A DNA stretch of 64,000 nucleotides, from the NCBI RefSeq assembly GCF_030028105.1, contig NC_092371.1:14839884-14903883 (forward strand). The letters run 5' to 3'. The DNA comes from Mobula birostris. Its lineage: Eukaryota. Below, one piece after another: positions 49,280-61,618 of the stretch. Position 1 is the first letter of the stretch. Each line of letters begins with the position of its first letter. The notes beneath the pieces are model-generated. The model made no database searches. It worked only from the letters and a program-made list of their open reading frames with translations, and was not told the DNA's origin. A program made the translations under genes and the position numbers.

Positions 49280-51880
49280 TCTGTTAAAAGACCCTATCAG
49301 AAATAGGGTCACGGCTGCAGAAAAAGAGGTTGTAATGGTGGGATTATCTACTGAGTCTCTGTGGGTGGAAGTTAAGAACAGGAAGTCGTCAATAACTCCA
49401 CTGGGTGTTTTTCTATAGACCACCCAATCGTAACAGGGACATCGAGGAGCAGACAGGGAGACAGATTCTGGAAATTTGTAATAATAACAGGGCTAGCGTA
49501 GTGGGAGATTTCAATTTCCCTAATACTGATTAGCATCTTCCTTGAGTGGGGCGTTTAGATGGGGTGGAGTTTGTTATATATGTTCGGGAAGGTTTCATGA
49601 CACATTATGTCGATACACCTACAAGAGAGAGTCTGTTCTTGATCTGGTATTGGGTGAATTAACTTGGTCAGGTCTCTCAAAGGGAGAGAATTTTGGAGAT
49701 AGTGATCAGAATGCTATCTCTTTTACTATAGCATTGGAGAGGGATAGGAACAGACACGTTAAGGAAACGTTTAACTGTAGTAAGTTATAAGGCAGAAACT
49801 TGGAAGCATAAATTGGAAACAGATGTTCTCAGGGAGACATACGGAAGTAATGTGGCAAATGTTCAAGGGATATTTGTGTGTATTTCTGCATAGGTACGTT
49901 CCAATGAGACAGCGAACGGATGGTAGGGTACGCCATCCGTCGTGTACAAATGCTGTTGTATATCTAGTCTAGAAGAAAAGAAGAGATTACAAAACGTTCA
50001 AAAAGCTTGGTAATGATAGAGATCTAGAAGATTATAAGGCTAGCAGGAAGGAGCTTAAGAAGGAAATTAGGAGAGCCAGAAGGGGCCATGTGAAGGCCCT
50101 GGCAAACAGTATTAAGGTAAATCCCAAAGTTTTTCTACATGTGTGTGAAGAGCAAGAGATAAGGCGTGAGAAAATAGGACCAAACAAGTGTGACAGTGGA
50201 AAATTGTGTATGGAACCGGAGGAGATAGCAGAGGTACTTATGAATACTTTGCTTCAGTCATCTCTACGAAAAATGATTTTGACGATTGAAGGGATGACCT
50301 ATCGGATTGCAAAGCCTGAGCAAACAGATATTAAGAAAGAGGATGTGCCGGAGCTTTTGGAAAGCATCAAGTCCGATAAGTCGCCGGGACCGGATGAAAT
50401 TAACTCCAGGCTACTGTGGGATCTGAGGAAGGAGACTGCTGAACTTTTGGCTATGATCTTTGCATCATCAATGATGATGGAAGAGATTCCGGAGGATTGG
50501 AGGGTTGTAGATGTTGTTCCCGTATTCAAGAAAGGCAGTAGAGATTTCCCAGGAAATTATAGACCAGTGAGTCACAATTCAGTGTTTGGTCAGTTGATGG
50601 AAAAGATCCTGAGAGGTAGGATTTATGAACATTTGCAGAGGCATAATATGATTAGGAATCGTCAGCATGGCTTTGTCAGCGGAAGGTCGTGCCTCACGAA
50701 CCTGACTGATTTTTTGAGGATGTGACTAAACACATGGATGCAAGTAGAACCGTAGATGTTATGTATATGGATTTCAGGAAGGCATTTGATACGGTACCCC
50801 ATGCCAGGCTTATTGAGAATGCAAGAAGGCATGAGATCCAATGGGATATTGCTTTGTGGATCCACAACTGGCTTGTCCACAGAAAGCAGAGTGGTTGTAG
50901 ACGGGGGTCTACAAAAGAGTGGTTTAATCTGCATGGAGCTCGGTGACCAGTGGTATGCTTCAAAGATCTGTTTCGGGACCCCTTCTCTTCGTGATTTTTA
51001 TAAATTACCTGGATAAGGAAGTAAACGGATTGGTTAGTAAATTTGATTATAAGACAAAGGTTGGGGGTGTTGTGGAAACTGTGGAGGGCTGTTAGAGGTT
51101 ACAACGAGATATTGATACGATGCAAAACTGGGCTGCGAAGTGGCAGATGGAGCGACACCCGGATAAGTGTGAGGTGGTTCATTTTGGTACGTCAAATAAG
51201 ATGGCAGAACATAGCATTAATGGCAAGTCTCTTGGCAGTGTGGAGGGTCAGACTGATCTTAGGGTCCGAGTCCATATGACACTCAGAGCTGTTGCACAAG
51301 TTGACTCTGTGGTTGAGAAAACATACGGTGCATTGGCCTGCATCAATCCTGGGATTGCGTTTAATGGCCAAGAGGTAATGTTGCAGCTACATAGGACGCT
51401 GTTCAGAGCCCTCTTGGAGTATAGTGATCAGTTCTGGTCTCCTCACTACAGGAAAGATGTGGAAACCATAGAAAGGTTGGAGGGGAGATTTACAAGGATG
51501 TTGTCTGGATTGGGGTGCATGCCTTATGAGAATAGGTTGAGTGAATTCGGCCTTTTCTCCTTGGAGCGAAGCAGGATGAGAGGTGACCTGATAGAGACGC
51601 GTTGACCATGTGAGTAGTCAGAGGCTGTTTTCCTAGGGCATCGTTTTAAACTGCTTGGCAGTAGGTACAGAGGAGATGACAGAGTATTTTATGCTGATAA
51701 TGCTGAGTACGTAGAATGGGTTGCCGCCGGCGGTGGTACAGGAGGAAACTATCGGGTCTTTTTAGAGACTCCTGGATAGGTATATGGAGCTTAGAAAATA
51801 GAGGGCTATGGGTAAGCCGAGGAAATTGTGCGCCGAAGGGCCTTTATTGTGCTGCAGGTTTTCGAAGTTTCTTTGTTTCT
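49280..51880 (+). mobile_element. CR1 LINE ORF2 (endonuclease end + RT), degraded
   Basis: ORFs 50090-50725, 50722-50946 and 51120-51605: KSPGPDEI, NYRPVS, MYMDFRKAFDTVPH, QNWAAKWQME. Confidence 0.95.
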
Positions 51881-52519
51881 AAGCGACTAAGGTACGAAAA
51901 GGAATAAAATGAACATAAATGCCAGCTGTATTCATGATGTTAACATGTGATGTTAAAGTGATTTAAACGGATTACAGTGCAGTGCAGTGTCCAGGCAAGG
52001 GGTTGGGGTGTTAACTAGTATAGTTGATAACATTAACTGTCTGGAGTGAAAGTTTTTAAGATAGTGTGACACTCCTGGCCAGCTGATTCTGCTCATTTGT
52101 TTTAACAGCTCTACAGCGATTTCTGCAGCGAGCTTTTGGAAGGTCAGATTGCTACGTGAGTATTTTAAAAAGTCAGCAGGCTTTGAGAACTGAAAACTGT
52201 CGGCGCTCGAACTACCGCTAGTGAACATATGGTGGCGGTAGAGTGCCGCGAGGAACAGAATGGGCCATGACCTTAGAAAGCAATTTCATCAACGCAAAAG
52301 AAGGGAGATGTGGGTTTAGGTGGCTCTTGTGAACATTCCAGACAGCTTAAAAAGTATTTTACACTAATGAGACGATTGATAAAACCTGGCATTCCTGGAT
52401 TAAGTTAAAACGAGCGGTGACTGGCAGTTCGGACCATCTGCAGTACTGAAGGTTTTTGACAGGTCGCTGCCCTACAGATAAGTCCATGGTTGAATGTCAG
52501 AAATTAGTATTTGAAATTG

Positions 52520-53040
52520 AATTGAATTGACTTTATTTCTTACATCCTTCAGATACATGAGGAGTAAAATCTTAACGTTGCATCTCCATCCAAATGTTCA
52601 ATGTGCAACCGTAGTAATTTCTAATAAATAGGACAGTCAATGTAGCATACACTGCACTCAAATCAGCGTGAGGTAATCAGTCTGATGACCTGGTGGAAGA
52701 ACTTTCCCGGAGTATGTTGGTCCTACTTTTATACTGCGGTACCGTTTCCCGGATGGTAGCAGCAGGAATAGATTGCCTTTTGGGGTGATTCTGGTCCCCA
52801 GTGACCCTCCGGACCCTTTGTACACAGGCGTCCTTATAAAAGTCCTGAATCATGGGAAGTTCAAAACTATGGATGCGCTGGGCTGTCCGCACCACTCTCC
52901 GTAGAATCCTGCGATTACGGGAGGTACAGCTGCCATACCAGGCAATGATGCAGTCAGTGCAGATGCTCACAATTTTGCCTCTATAAGAAGTTCTTAGGAT
53001 TCGGGGGCGTGTACCAAACTTCCTCAACCCTCTGAGGTGA
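52520..53040 (-). mobile_element. Rex1/Babar-like LINE 3' end
   Basis: ORF 52677-53027: CIIAWYGSCTSRNRRILRRVVRTAQRI..ELPMIQDFY; reverse-complement (TTCAA)n-type tail. Confidence 0.8.
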
Positions 53041-53093
53041 AAGTGGTCTTGCTGTGCTTCTTACTGTCACAATACAGAATTGCCTTAGTATAC

Positions 53094-53364
53094 CTCTTCA
53101 ATTGCCGTTTTCCCATTTACTGCTAACGTCCAGTAATGTGCGACTTCACTGCATCTCTGATACGCTGTTAAGAATATTTAAGTGAGGTAACAATTCACAT
53201 GGAACAAATGTAGGAGAGGAGCCATACCAGATACGCAGGTCCAGAAAGATAACACGGCAATACCTGCGGGCCACTTACGAGCTGAAAGAAGCCGATTAAC
53301 AACACTGGAAATTGGACCTCTAAATCCAGATACAAAAGATCCAGCGCAGGGATGTTTTAAAAGT
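53094..53364 (-). pseudogene. Candidate degenerate stalk/TM exon (53264-53364) and cytoplasmic exon (53094-53164) of a further receptor gene D
   Basis: GTTCCCCTGCCAG|..KHPC..hydrophobic pieces in shifting frames..ARKWPA G|GTATTG; AATATTCTTAACAG| AYQRCSEVAHYWTLAVNGKTAIEE|GTATAC (phase 1 to 0). Confidence 0.3.
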
Positions 53365-53469
53365 CTGGCAGGGGAACACGATAACATAACATTAACACAG
53401 AAACAAGAGTAGAATATTCGGCCCCCTCCGTCCACTCCATTATTCAATGTGATCACGGTGGACCTGTCA

Positions 53470-54800
53470 TGCATAGAAACATAGTAATCTAGAGCAGATT
53501 ACAGGCCATTCGGGCCACAATATCGTGCCGACCACGTAACCTACTCTAGAAACTGTCTAGAATTTCCCAACCGCAAAACCCTCTACTTTACTAAGCTCCA
53601 TGTATCTATCTAAGATACTGTAGGGTCTTCTTTCTACAAGACCCTACGGTATCTGCCTCTTCCTAGTTCACTCAACCTATTCTCATAAGTCATGCTCTCC
53701 AATCCAGGCAACATCCTTATAAATCTGTTCTGCATTCTTTCTACAAGACCCTACAGTATCTGCCTCTTCCAGATTTGCTGACAGTGCGTTCCACGTACCC
53801 AAAGCTCGCTGTGCGAAGATCCTACCTCTGACACCCCCATTGTACCCACGACCAAGCACCTTATGTCTATGGTCCCTCGTGTTAGCCATTTCAGCCCTGG
53901 AAAGAAAGCCTCTGGCTATCACGCGATTAATGCATCTCAGCATCTCAAACACTGTTATCAGGTCACCTCTCATCCGCTGTTTCTCCAAGGAGAAATGGCC
54001 TAGTTCACTCAACCTATTCTCATAAGTCATGCTCTCCAATCCAGGCAACATCCTTATAAATCTGTTCTGCATTCTTTCTATAATATCCACATCCTTTCTA
54101 GTAATGAGATGACTGGAACTGAGCACAGTACTCCAAGTGTGGTCCAATTAAGGTCTAATATAACTGTAACATTACCCCACAAACTCAGTCCCATGGTTGA
54201 TGAAGGCCAACACACCACACGCCTCCTTAAGAAAACTGTCAATTTGCGTAGCCTCTTTGAGTGTCCTATGGACATGGACGCCAAGATCTCGATTATATAC
54301 CCACATTGTCAAGTCTTTTTCCATTAGTGTTGTATTCCGTCTTCAAATTTGACCTACCGAAATGAACCACTTCACACTTTTCTGGGTTGAACTCCTTCGG
54401 GCACTTCTCAGCCTAGTTCTGCATCTTGTTGATGCCGTGCTGTAACCTCTGACAACCGTTCATACTATCCACAACATCCCCAAAATTTCTGTCATCAGCA
54501 AACCTACTGAACCTCTCCGTCATCCAAGTCATTTATAATAAAAATCACAAAGAGGAGGGGTCACACAAAAGATCCCTGCGGAACAACACTGGTCACTGTC
54601 CTCCATGCAGAATACAACCCATCCACAACCACCCTTTGCCTTGTGTGGGCATGCCAATTCTGGATTCAGAAAGCAAGGTCTCCTTGGATCACACGCCTCA
54701 GTACATTCTGTGTGAGATTCGCATAGGGAGCCGTATTTCAGATTTCCGGGACTAAATCCTGACTCATCAATTCCCTGAACCTTTCTACCTAACTCAGTCT
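53470..54800 (-). mobile_element. CR1 LINE RT fragment with 3' tail
   Basis: ORF 53683-54147: DVDIIERMQNRFIRMLPGLESMTYENRLSELG..MRGDLI; CATAGAAACATAG tail at ~53472. Confidence 0.9.
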
Positions 54801-55680
54801 CTGGGAACTCCCCGCCAGTCAGTGTGACATTACAGCCAACGTTCAAAGTAAAGTTATCAAAGTTCGTATATGAGATTCATTTTCTTGCAGACATTGACAG
54901 TAGTTCAGAGAAATATAATCGAATCAAACGCAGACTGCCAAACAGCCAATGTTGGAAAAAAGACAATCTGTACAGATAGATAGATAGATAAATAGATAAT
55001 TGTGAAGCTTTGAAAATGTGTCCATAGCTTGAGGGACAAGTTCAGAGTTGAGATTAATGAATTTTCCAAACTGGTCCAGGAGCCTGATGGCTGAAGGGTA
55101 ATAACTGTTCCTGAACCTAGTGGGTATGACCTTCTGCTCCTGTGCTTGTCACATGGAACAGAGTTGCTGTACCGTGAAAGAGGCGAGAGAAGTCCGGAGT
55201 GTGAACCGGGAGAACTGATTAGGTCTTTATGGAAGGTGGGAGCCAGAGAGGAGGAATAAAGGAATTAGGATCGGTAGAGTTGCTCTCCAAAAGTCTTCAT
55301 AATGCTTAAAGAAAATTACTGTACAGGAAAGAGCGCTACATCTCACCAGTGCTCGCGGGGAAGGTATAGAACAGTGTAAATCCAAGTTTATTAACATATA
55401 GATGGCTAATGGAGTTGTTTAGAAGCAGAAGGAAGTTCCAACCAGAAACACAGCGGTTGCTAGATGGCTGATAATTGACAAGTGTGTTTCACTGTAGATG
55501 TCTGTGCGTTAATCCCAGTTGGATCCATCTTCTACAGACGCGATCAAGCACAGGTTTGGCGTGACTCAACCAAGATAGAAAAACCCAAGAGATTTTGCAG
55601 CTGCTGGAAATCCAGAGCGACACACGCAAATTGCAGGGGGAATTCAGTAGGCTTGGCAGCATCAATAGAAATTAATATAA

Positions 55681-55717
55681 AGTCGACGTTTCGAGCTGAG
55701 CCCCTTCTTCAGGACTG
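55681..55717 (-). ncRNA. Minimal type I hammerhead ribozyme motif in a Penelope-type repeat
   Basis: 5'-CAGUC CUGAAGA A GGG-GCUCAG-CUC GAAA C GUC^GACU: stem I AGUC/GACU, core CUGANGA and GAAA, 3-bp stem II with one G-U, loopless AC/GU stem III, GUC site. Confidence 0.6.
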
Positions 55718-56304
55718 GCAAAGGGTCTTGGCTCGAAACGTCCACTCTTTATTCCGTTACAAAGATGCTGCCTGAGATGTTGAGTTCTTCCAGAGTTTTG
55801 TGCAGAAACCTCATTTCATCATTAATAACGAGTCTATGTTGTCTGGTGGTGCTAACCTGTCCCGGGAATTTCACTGACCATTAATTACCGTATTAATTAC
55901 TCTATTTATGGGTCGTATAGAGCAACTTGCGCGGCACCAGAAAACAAATCCCATCCATAAAATGAGATCAAATGAACAGTCGGGTATACAGAGTTCCCAC
56001 ATGGTTAGTTAGGATGATTCAAAATTTTAACAGCTTAAGATATCGTTGAAAACACTGGAGCACTCAATCGCGTTTAAACACATTAAAAGCATAAATAAAA
56101 TATTTTAAAGATTAAAAGATTAGCTTTATTTGTCACATGTACAACGAAATTACAGTGAAATGCGTCGTGTACGTAAAATCCAATCAGAGATTACCGTGCT
56201 GGGCACCTCGCCATGCTTCCGGGAGCAACATTTACTGACTTTAACTATATACCTTGGGAACGTTGGAGGAAATCGGAACGCCCAGTGGAATTCACACCTT
56301 AAAC

Positions 56305-59300
56305 CAGTGGTGTCAATCTACCTGCCCGCGGGCCGCATCCGGCCCGCGAAAGTGTCCAATCCGGCCCGAGAAAGGGTCCAATCCGGCCAGCGAAGGGGTC
56401 CAATCCGGCCCGCGGGATGATTTGTGAAAAAAAAGTACATTCACGTCCATTTATTATGTATCTGCACGGCAGCCTCTCTCTCACCCACCACTGTCTGTGC
56501 CGCCTGCTGCACCGGCAGCTTGTTGTGTGTACTTAAAAACAATAGGCAGCACTTAACCACCCGCTGTGCATAAGCACCTACAACCCTGTACTGGAGACCA
56601 CTGGGGTCACACTTACGTCGTCATACACAGTATAAACACACAGAGTCAGGTAAGTAACACCTGTGGCAAGGCTGAGACTGTTTGCTGCTGTGGTTCAAAA
56701 TGCTTTCCAAGAAAAAATAAGTTGACTTCGAAGTTCGGATATTCAACGATCATTGGAAAGATCGTTTTTTTCCTTCTATGACGTCGACGGCATACCTGTG
56801 TGTCTGATATGCTCGCAACAAGTGGCTGTGGCAAAAGAGTACAATATGAAACGACACTTTGATACGTCACACGGAGAAAAATATGACAAGTTCTCAAGAC
56901 GACTCAGAACGCAAAAAGTAAACGAGCTTGAAGCAGCTCTGCAAAAACATCAATCAGTGTTCACCAAAAGTCGAGAGACTCATGATGGAGCTGTCAAGGC
57001 CAGCTATATTATTGCTAACAAAATGGCTGCTGCGTCGAAGCCATACTCCGAGGGGGAATTCATCTAGGCATGCTGACATGGCTGAGCTGAGCTGGTGTGC
57101 CTTGAGAAAAGACAGGCTTTTGGTAATATCATCTTGTCAAGAAATATTGCGGCAGAGATAATCGGGGATATTGCAGGTGATTTGAACAGTCAACTAAAAG
57201 ACAAAGTGAAATCATTTATTGTCTTCTTCTTTTGCAATTGATGAGACCACCTACGTGACTGATGTAGCTCAATTGCGAATATTTATTCGTAGTGTTGATG
57301 CATCTTTGACCGTCACCGGGAAGTTTGTGGAGATGTTGCTCATGAAAAACATCACAACGGCGAACGACGTTTTCTCCAGCCTCGTCGAGGCCATGGACAG
57401 TCTGGGGATTGACTGGAGTCACGCTGCCAGCGTAGCAACAGATGGCGCACCGTCCATGGTCGGGAAAAAGTCAGGTCTGGTTGCGAAACTCAGAGAGAAA
57501 GTTCAGACAGAGAATACAGAGCAGGAATCCTGGATTTTTTATTGTATTATACACCAAGAGTCTTTATGTAGCAGGAGCCTGAAAATGCACAATGTCATAG
57601 CTGTAGTAATCAAAACGGTTAATTTTGTTAAAGCCAAGGGACACAACTATCGGCAATTTGATACAGAGGAGCAGATTGGGAGGCAGATTTTGGAAAGCTG
57701 CAAAAATAACAGGGTTGTTATCATGGGTGAATTTAACTTCCCTAGTATTGATTGGCACCTGATTAGTTCCAAGGGTTTGGATGGGGCAGTGTTTGTTAAG
57801 TGTGTCCAGGATGGATTCCTGTCACAGTATGTGGACAGGCCGACCACGGGGAACGCCATACTACATCTAGTACTTGGTAATGAACCGGGTCAGGTCACAG
57901 ATCTCTCAGTGGGTGAGCATCTGAGGGACAGTGACCAGCGCTCCCTGGACTTTAGCATTATCATGAAAAAGGATAGAATCAGAGAGGACAGGAAAATGTT
58001 TAATTGGGCAAGGACAAATTATGAGGCTATAAGGCTAGAACTTGCGGATGTGAATTGGGATGATGTTTTTGCAGGGAAATGTACTATGGACATGTGGTCG
58101 ATGTTTGGAGATCTCTTGCAGGATGTTAGGGATAAATTTGTCCCGGTGAGGAAGATAAAGAATGGTAGGGTGAAGGAACCATGGGTGACAGTGAGGTGGA
58201 AAATCTAGTCAGGTGGAAGAAGGCAGCGTACATGAGGTTTAGGAAGCAAGGATCAGATGGGTCTATTGAGGAATATAGGGAAGCAAGAAAGGAGCTTAAG
58301 AAGGGGCTGAGAAGACCAATAAGGGGGCATGAGAAGGCATTGGCGAGTAGGGTAAAGGAAAACCCCAAGGCATTCTTCAATTATGTGAAGAAAAGAAGGA
58401 TAACAGGAGTGAAGGTAGGGCCGATTAGACATAAAGGTGGGAAGATGTGCCTGGAGGCTATGGAAGTGAGCGAGGTCCTCAATGAATACTTCCTTTCGGT
58501 ATTCACCAATGAGAGGGAACTTGATGATGGTGAGGACAATATGAGTGAGGTTGATGTTCTGGAGCATGTTGATATTAAGGGAGAGGAGGTGTTGGAGTTG
58601 TTAAAATACATTAGGACGGATAAGTCCCCAGGGCCTGACGGAATATTCCGCAGGATGCCCCACGAGACGAGTGAAGAGATTGCTGAGCCTCTGTCTAGGA
58701 TCCTTATGTCCTCGTTGTCCACGGGAATGGTACCGGAGGATTGGAGGGAGGCGAATGCTGTCCCCTTGTTCAAAAAAGTTAGTAGGGATAGTCCGTGTAA
58801 TTATAGACCAGTGAACCTTACGTCTGTGGTGGGAAAGTGGTTGGAAAAGATTCTTAGAGATAGGATCTCTGGGCATTTAGAGAATCATGGTCTGATCAGG
58901 GACAGTCAGCATGGCTTTGTGAAGGGCATATCGTGTCTAACAAGCCTGATTGAGTTCTTTGAGGAGGTGACCAGGCATATAAATGAGGGTAGTGCAGTGG
59001 ATGTGATCTGTATGGATTTTAGCAAGGCCTTTGACAAGGTTCCACATGGTAGGCTTATTCAGAAAGTTAGAAGGCATGGGATCCAGGAATGTTTGGCCAT
59101 GTGGATTCAGAATTGGCTTGCCTGCAGAAGGCAGAAGGTGGTGGTGGAGGGAGTACATTCAGATTGGAGGATTGTGACTAGTGGTGTCCCACAAGGGTCT
59201 GTTCTGGGACCTCTACTTTTCGTGATTTTTATTAATGACCTAGATGTGGGGGTAAAAGGGTGGGCTGGCAAGTTTGCAGACGACACAAAGGTTGGTGGTG

Positions 59301-61618
59301 TTGTAGGTAGTGTAGAGGATTGTCAAAGATTGCAGAGCGACATTGATAAGATGCATAAGTGGGCTGAGAAGTGGCAGATAGAGTTCAACCCGGAGAAGTG
59401 TGAGGTGGTACACTTTGGAAGGACAAACTCCAAGGCAGAGTACAAAGTAAATGGCAGGATACTTGGTAGTGTGGAGGAGCAGAGGGATCTCGGGGTCCCT
59501 GAAAGTTGCCTCACAGGTGGATAGGGTTGTTAAGGAAGCTTATGGGGTGTTAGCTTTCATAAGTCAAGGGATAGAGTTTAAGAGTCAGATGTAATGATGC
59601 AGCTCTATAAAACTCTGGTTAGGCCACACTTGGAGTACTGTGTCCAGATCTGGTCGACTCACTATAGGAAGGATGTGGAAGCATTGGAAAGGGTACAGAG
59701 GAGATTTACTGGGATGCTGCCTGGTTTAGAGAGTATGCATTATGATCAGAGATTATGGGAGATAGGGCTTTACTCTTTGGAGAGAAGGAGGATCAGAGGA
59801 GACATGATAGAGGTGTACAAGATAATAAGAGGAATAGATAGTGTGGATAGTCAGCGCCTCTTCCCCAGGGCACTACTGCTGAATACAAGAGTCCATGGCT
59901 TTAAGGTAAGGGGTGAGAAGTTCAAGGGGTATATTAGAGGAAGATGTTTTACTCAGAGGGTGGTTGGTGCGTGGAATGCACTGCCTAAGTCAATGGTGGA
60001 GGCAGATACACTAGTGAAGTTTGAGAGACCACTAGACAGGTATATGGAGGAATTTAAGGTGGGGGCTTATATGGGAGACTGTTTGATGGTCGGCACAACA
60101 TTGTGGGCCGAAGGGCCTATACTGTGCTGTACTATTCTATGTTCTATATTCTATGTTGACACTCTTTTGTACGAAAGTAATATTGGACACGGCCTACCCT
60201 AGCACAATGAAGTCCACTGGTTGAGCGGAGGGGTTGGGCTCAAACGTTTTATTTTCAATTACGTGCGGAAATTAGACTATTCAAGACCGAGAATGGGAAG
60301 CCAGTGGCAGAGTCGGATGACCCAGACTGGCTTCATTATCTTGCATTTTTGGTGGATATAACAGTGCACTTAAATGTGCTTAATGTTAAGAAACTTGTTA
60401 CGGAATACTACGACAGCATACGTGCCGTTCAAATTGAATTAGGCCAATGGGAGATGCCACAATACCGGGGCAACCTAGCCCATTTACCCTCTTTGCAGTC
60501 TGTGTGTGTCGCTCATGGGAATAATGACAACATGGATAGGTACAAGGACAAAATATCACGGTTGAAAAGTGAGTTTCAGAATCGTTTCCAAGTCTTCATT
60601 CAGCTCGAGAACGAATTATCACTACTTTGCTCGCCGTTTGCCGTCAACGCAGCATCAGATGTGCGGGAGGAATTCCAAATGGAACTAATTGAAATTCAGT
60701 GTAACTCGGCTTTGAAAAATAAATTAGGGACTGTGGGTCTGGACTCATTGTATCAATACTTGGGACCAATGTACCCCAAGTTGACAGAAATTGCCTCAAA
60801 GATCTATTGCATGTTCGGGACAACATAACTCTTTGAGATGAGGTCTCCATAATGAACATTAACAAATACAAACTGCGCTCCCAGCTGACACACGGACATC
60901 TAAATGACATTATGAAAATCACAAATGCCCAGAAACTGGCCCCTGATGTTGACAGGCTGGCTAAAGGCTAGAGATGTCAGGTATCTGGAAGCAGTAAGTG
61001 AAAAATAAGTGACACTGTTCGATGCACTGCGACATGAAAGCAAAATGCATTATGAAATATTGAGTGTCATTATATTGTGACTCGTTCATTTTCTGACTAT
61101 TCTATTATTGTAAATGTGATCACTTCAATAACAAATAGAGGCTAACTGTGTTCATTTTCTGAGTTTGGTTGCTGGAAGCAGGCTAATAAAAAATAGGTGC
61201 AGCTGTGTCGCCTTCGTTTACAATTTGTTAACTGCGGTCTACATTTGTTTCTGCTAATGTTCGATTTCAAATAGTTTATTAATGGAAAGAGTGTTGCTGA
61301 CAAAACAATCTTGGCCAAAATAGCATCGTTTTTTCTCCTTCTCATCATAACTTTCTTGTAGCCTAAAACTGTAAGCTAATACCAATCATAAAAATAATGC
61401 TTGCTAGGCAATCTTCTTCATAAGAAACGAAATTCGTAAAGTACAACACTGTTGTTATAGCAGAGACTGGGACACATGAGAGCAGGTTGAAAAAACGAAG
61501 GCAACGAAAGCTGTGGGAACACGCGCGCGTGCGTTCGCTCGTGCACTGCTGATCCGGTCCGCATGAAGTCGCATTTTGCCTAATCCGGCCCATGACCGAA
61601 AATGAGTTTGACACCCCG
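56305..61618 (+). mobile_element. hAT (Charlie/SPIN, GTF2IRD2-like) DNA transposon interrupted by a CR1
   Basis: Left TIR CAGTGGTGTCAA, right TIR ..TTTGACACCCCG; transposase pieces PVCLICSQQVAVAKEYNMKRH, SSFAIDETT, VATDGAPSMVG, CIIHQESLC, MFGTT; multiple stops; 8-bp TSD not recognisable. Confidence 0.92.
57665..60155 (+). mobile_element. CR1 LINE (5'-truncated) nested in the hAT transposase
   Basis: ORFs 58181-59524 and 59594-60202 ([30 protein letters not shown]); TTCTATG tail; flanked by TTGATAC (57658-57664) and TTGACAC (60156-60162). Confidence 0.97.
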
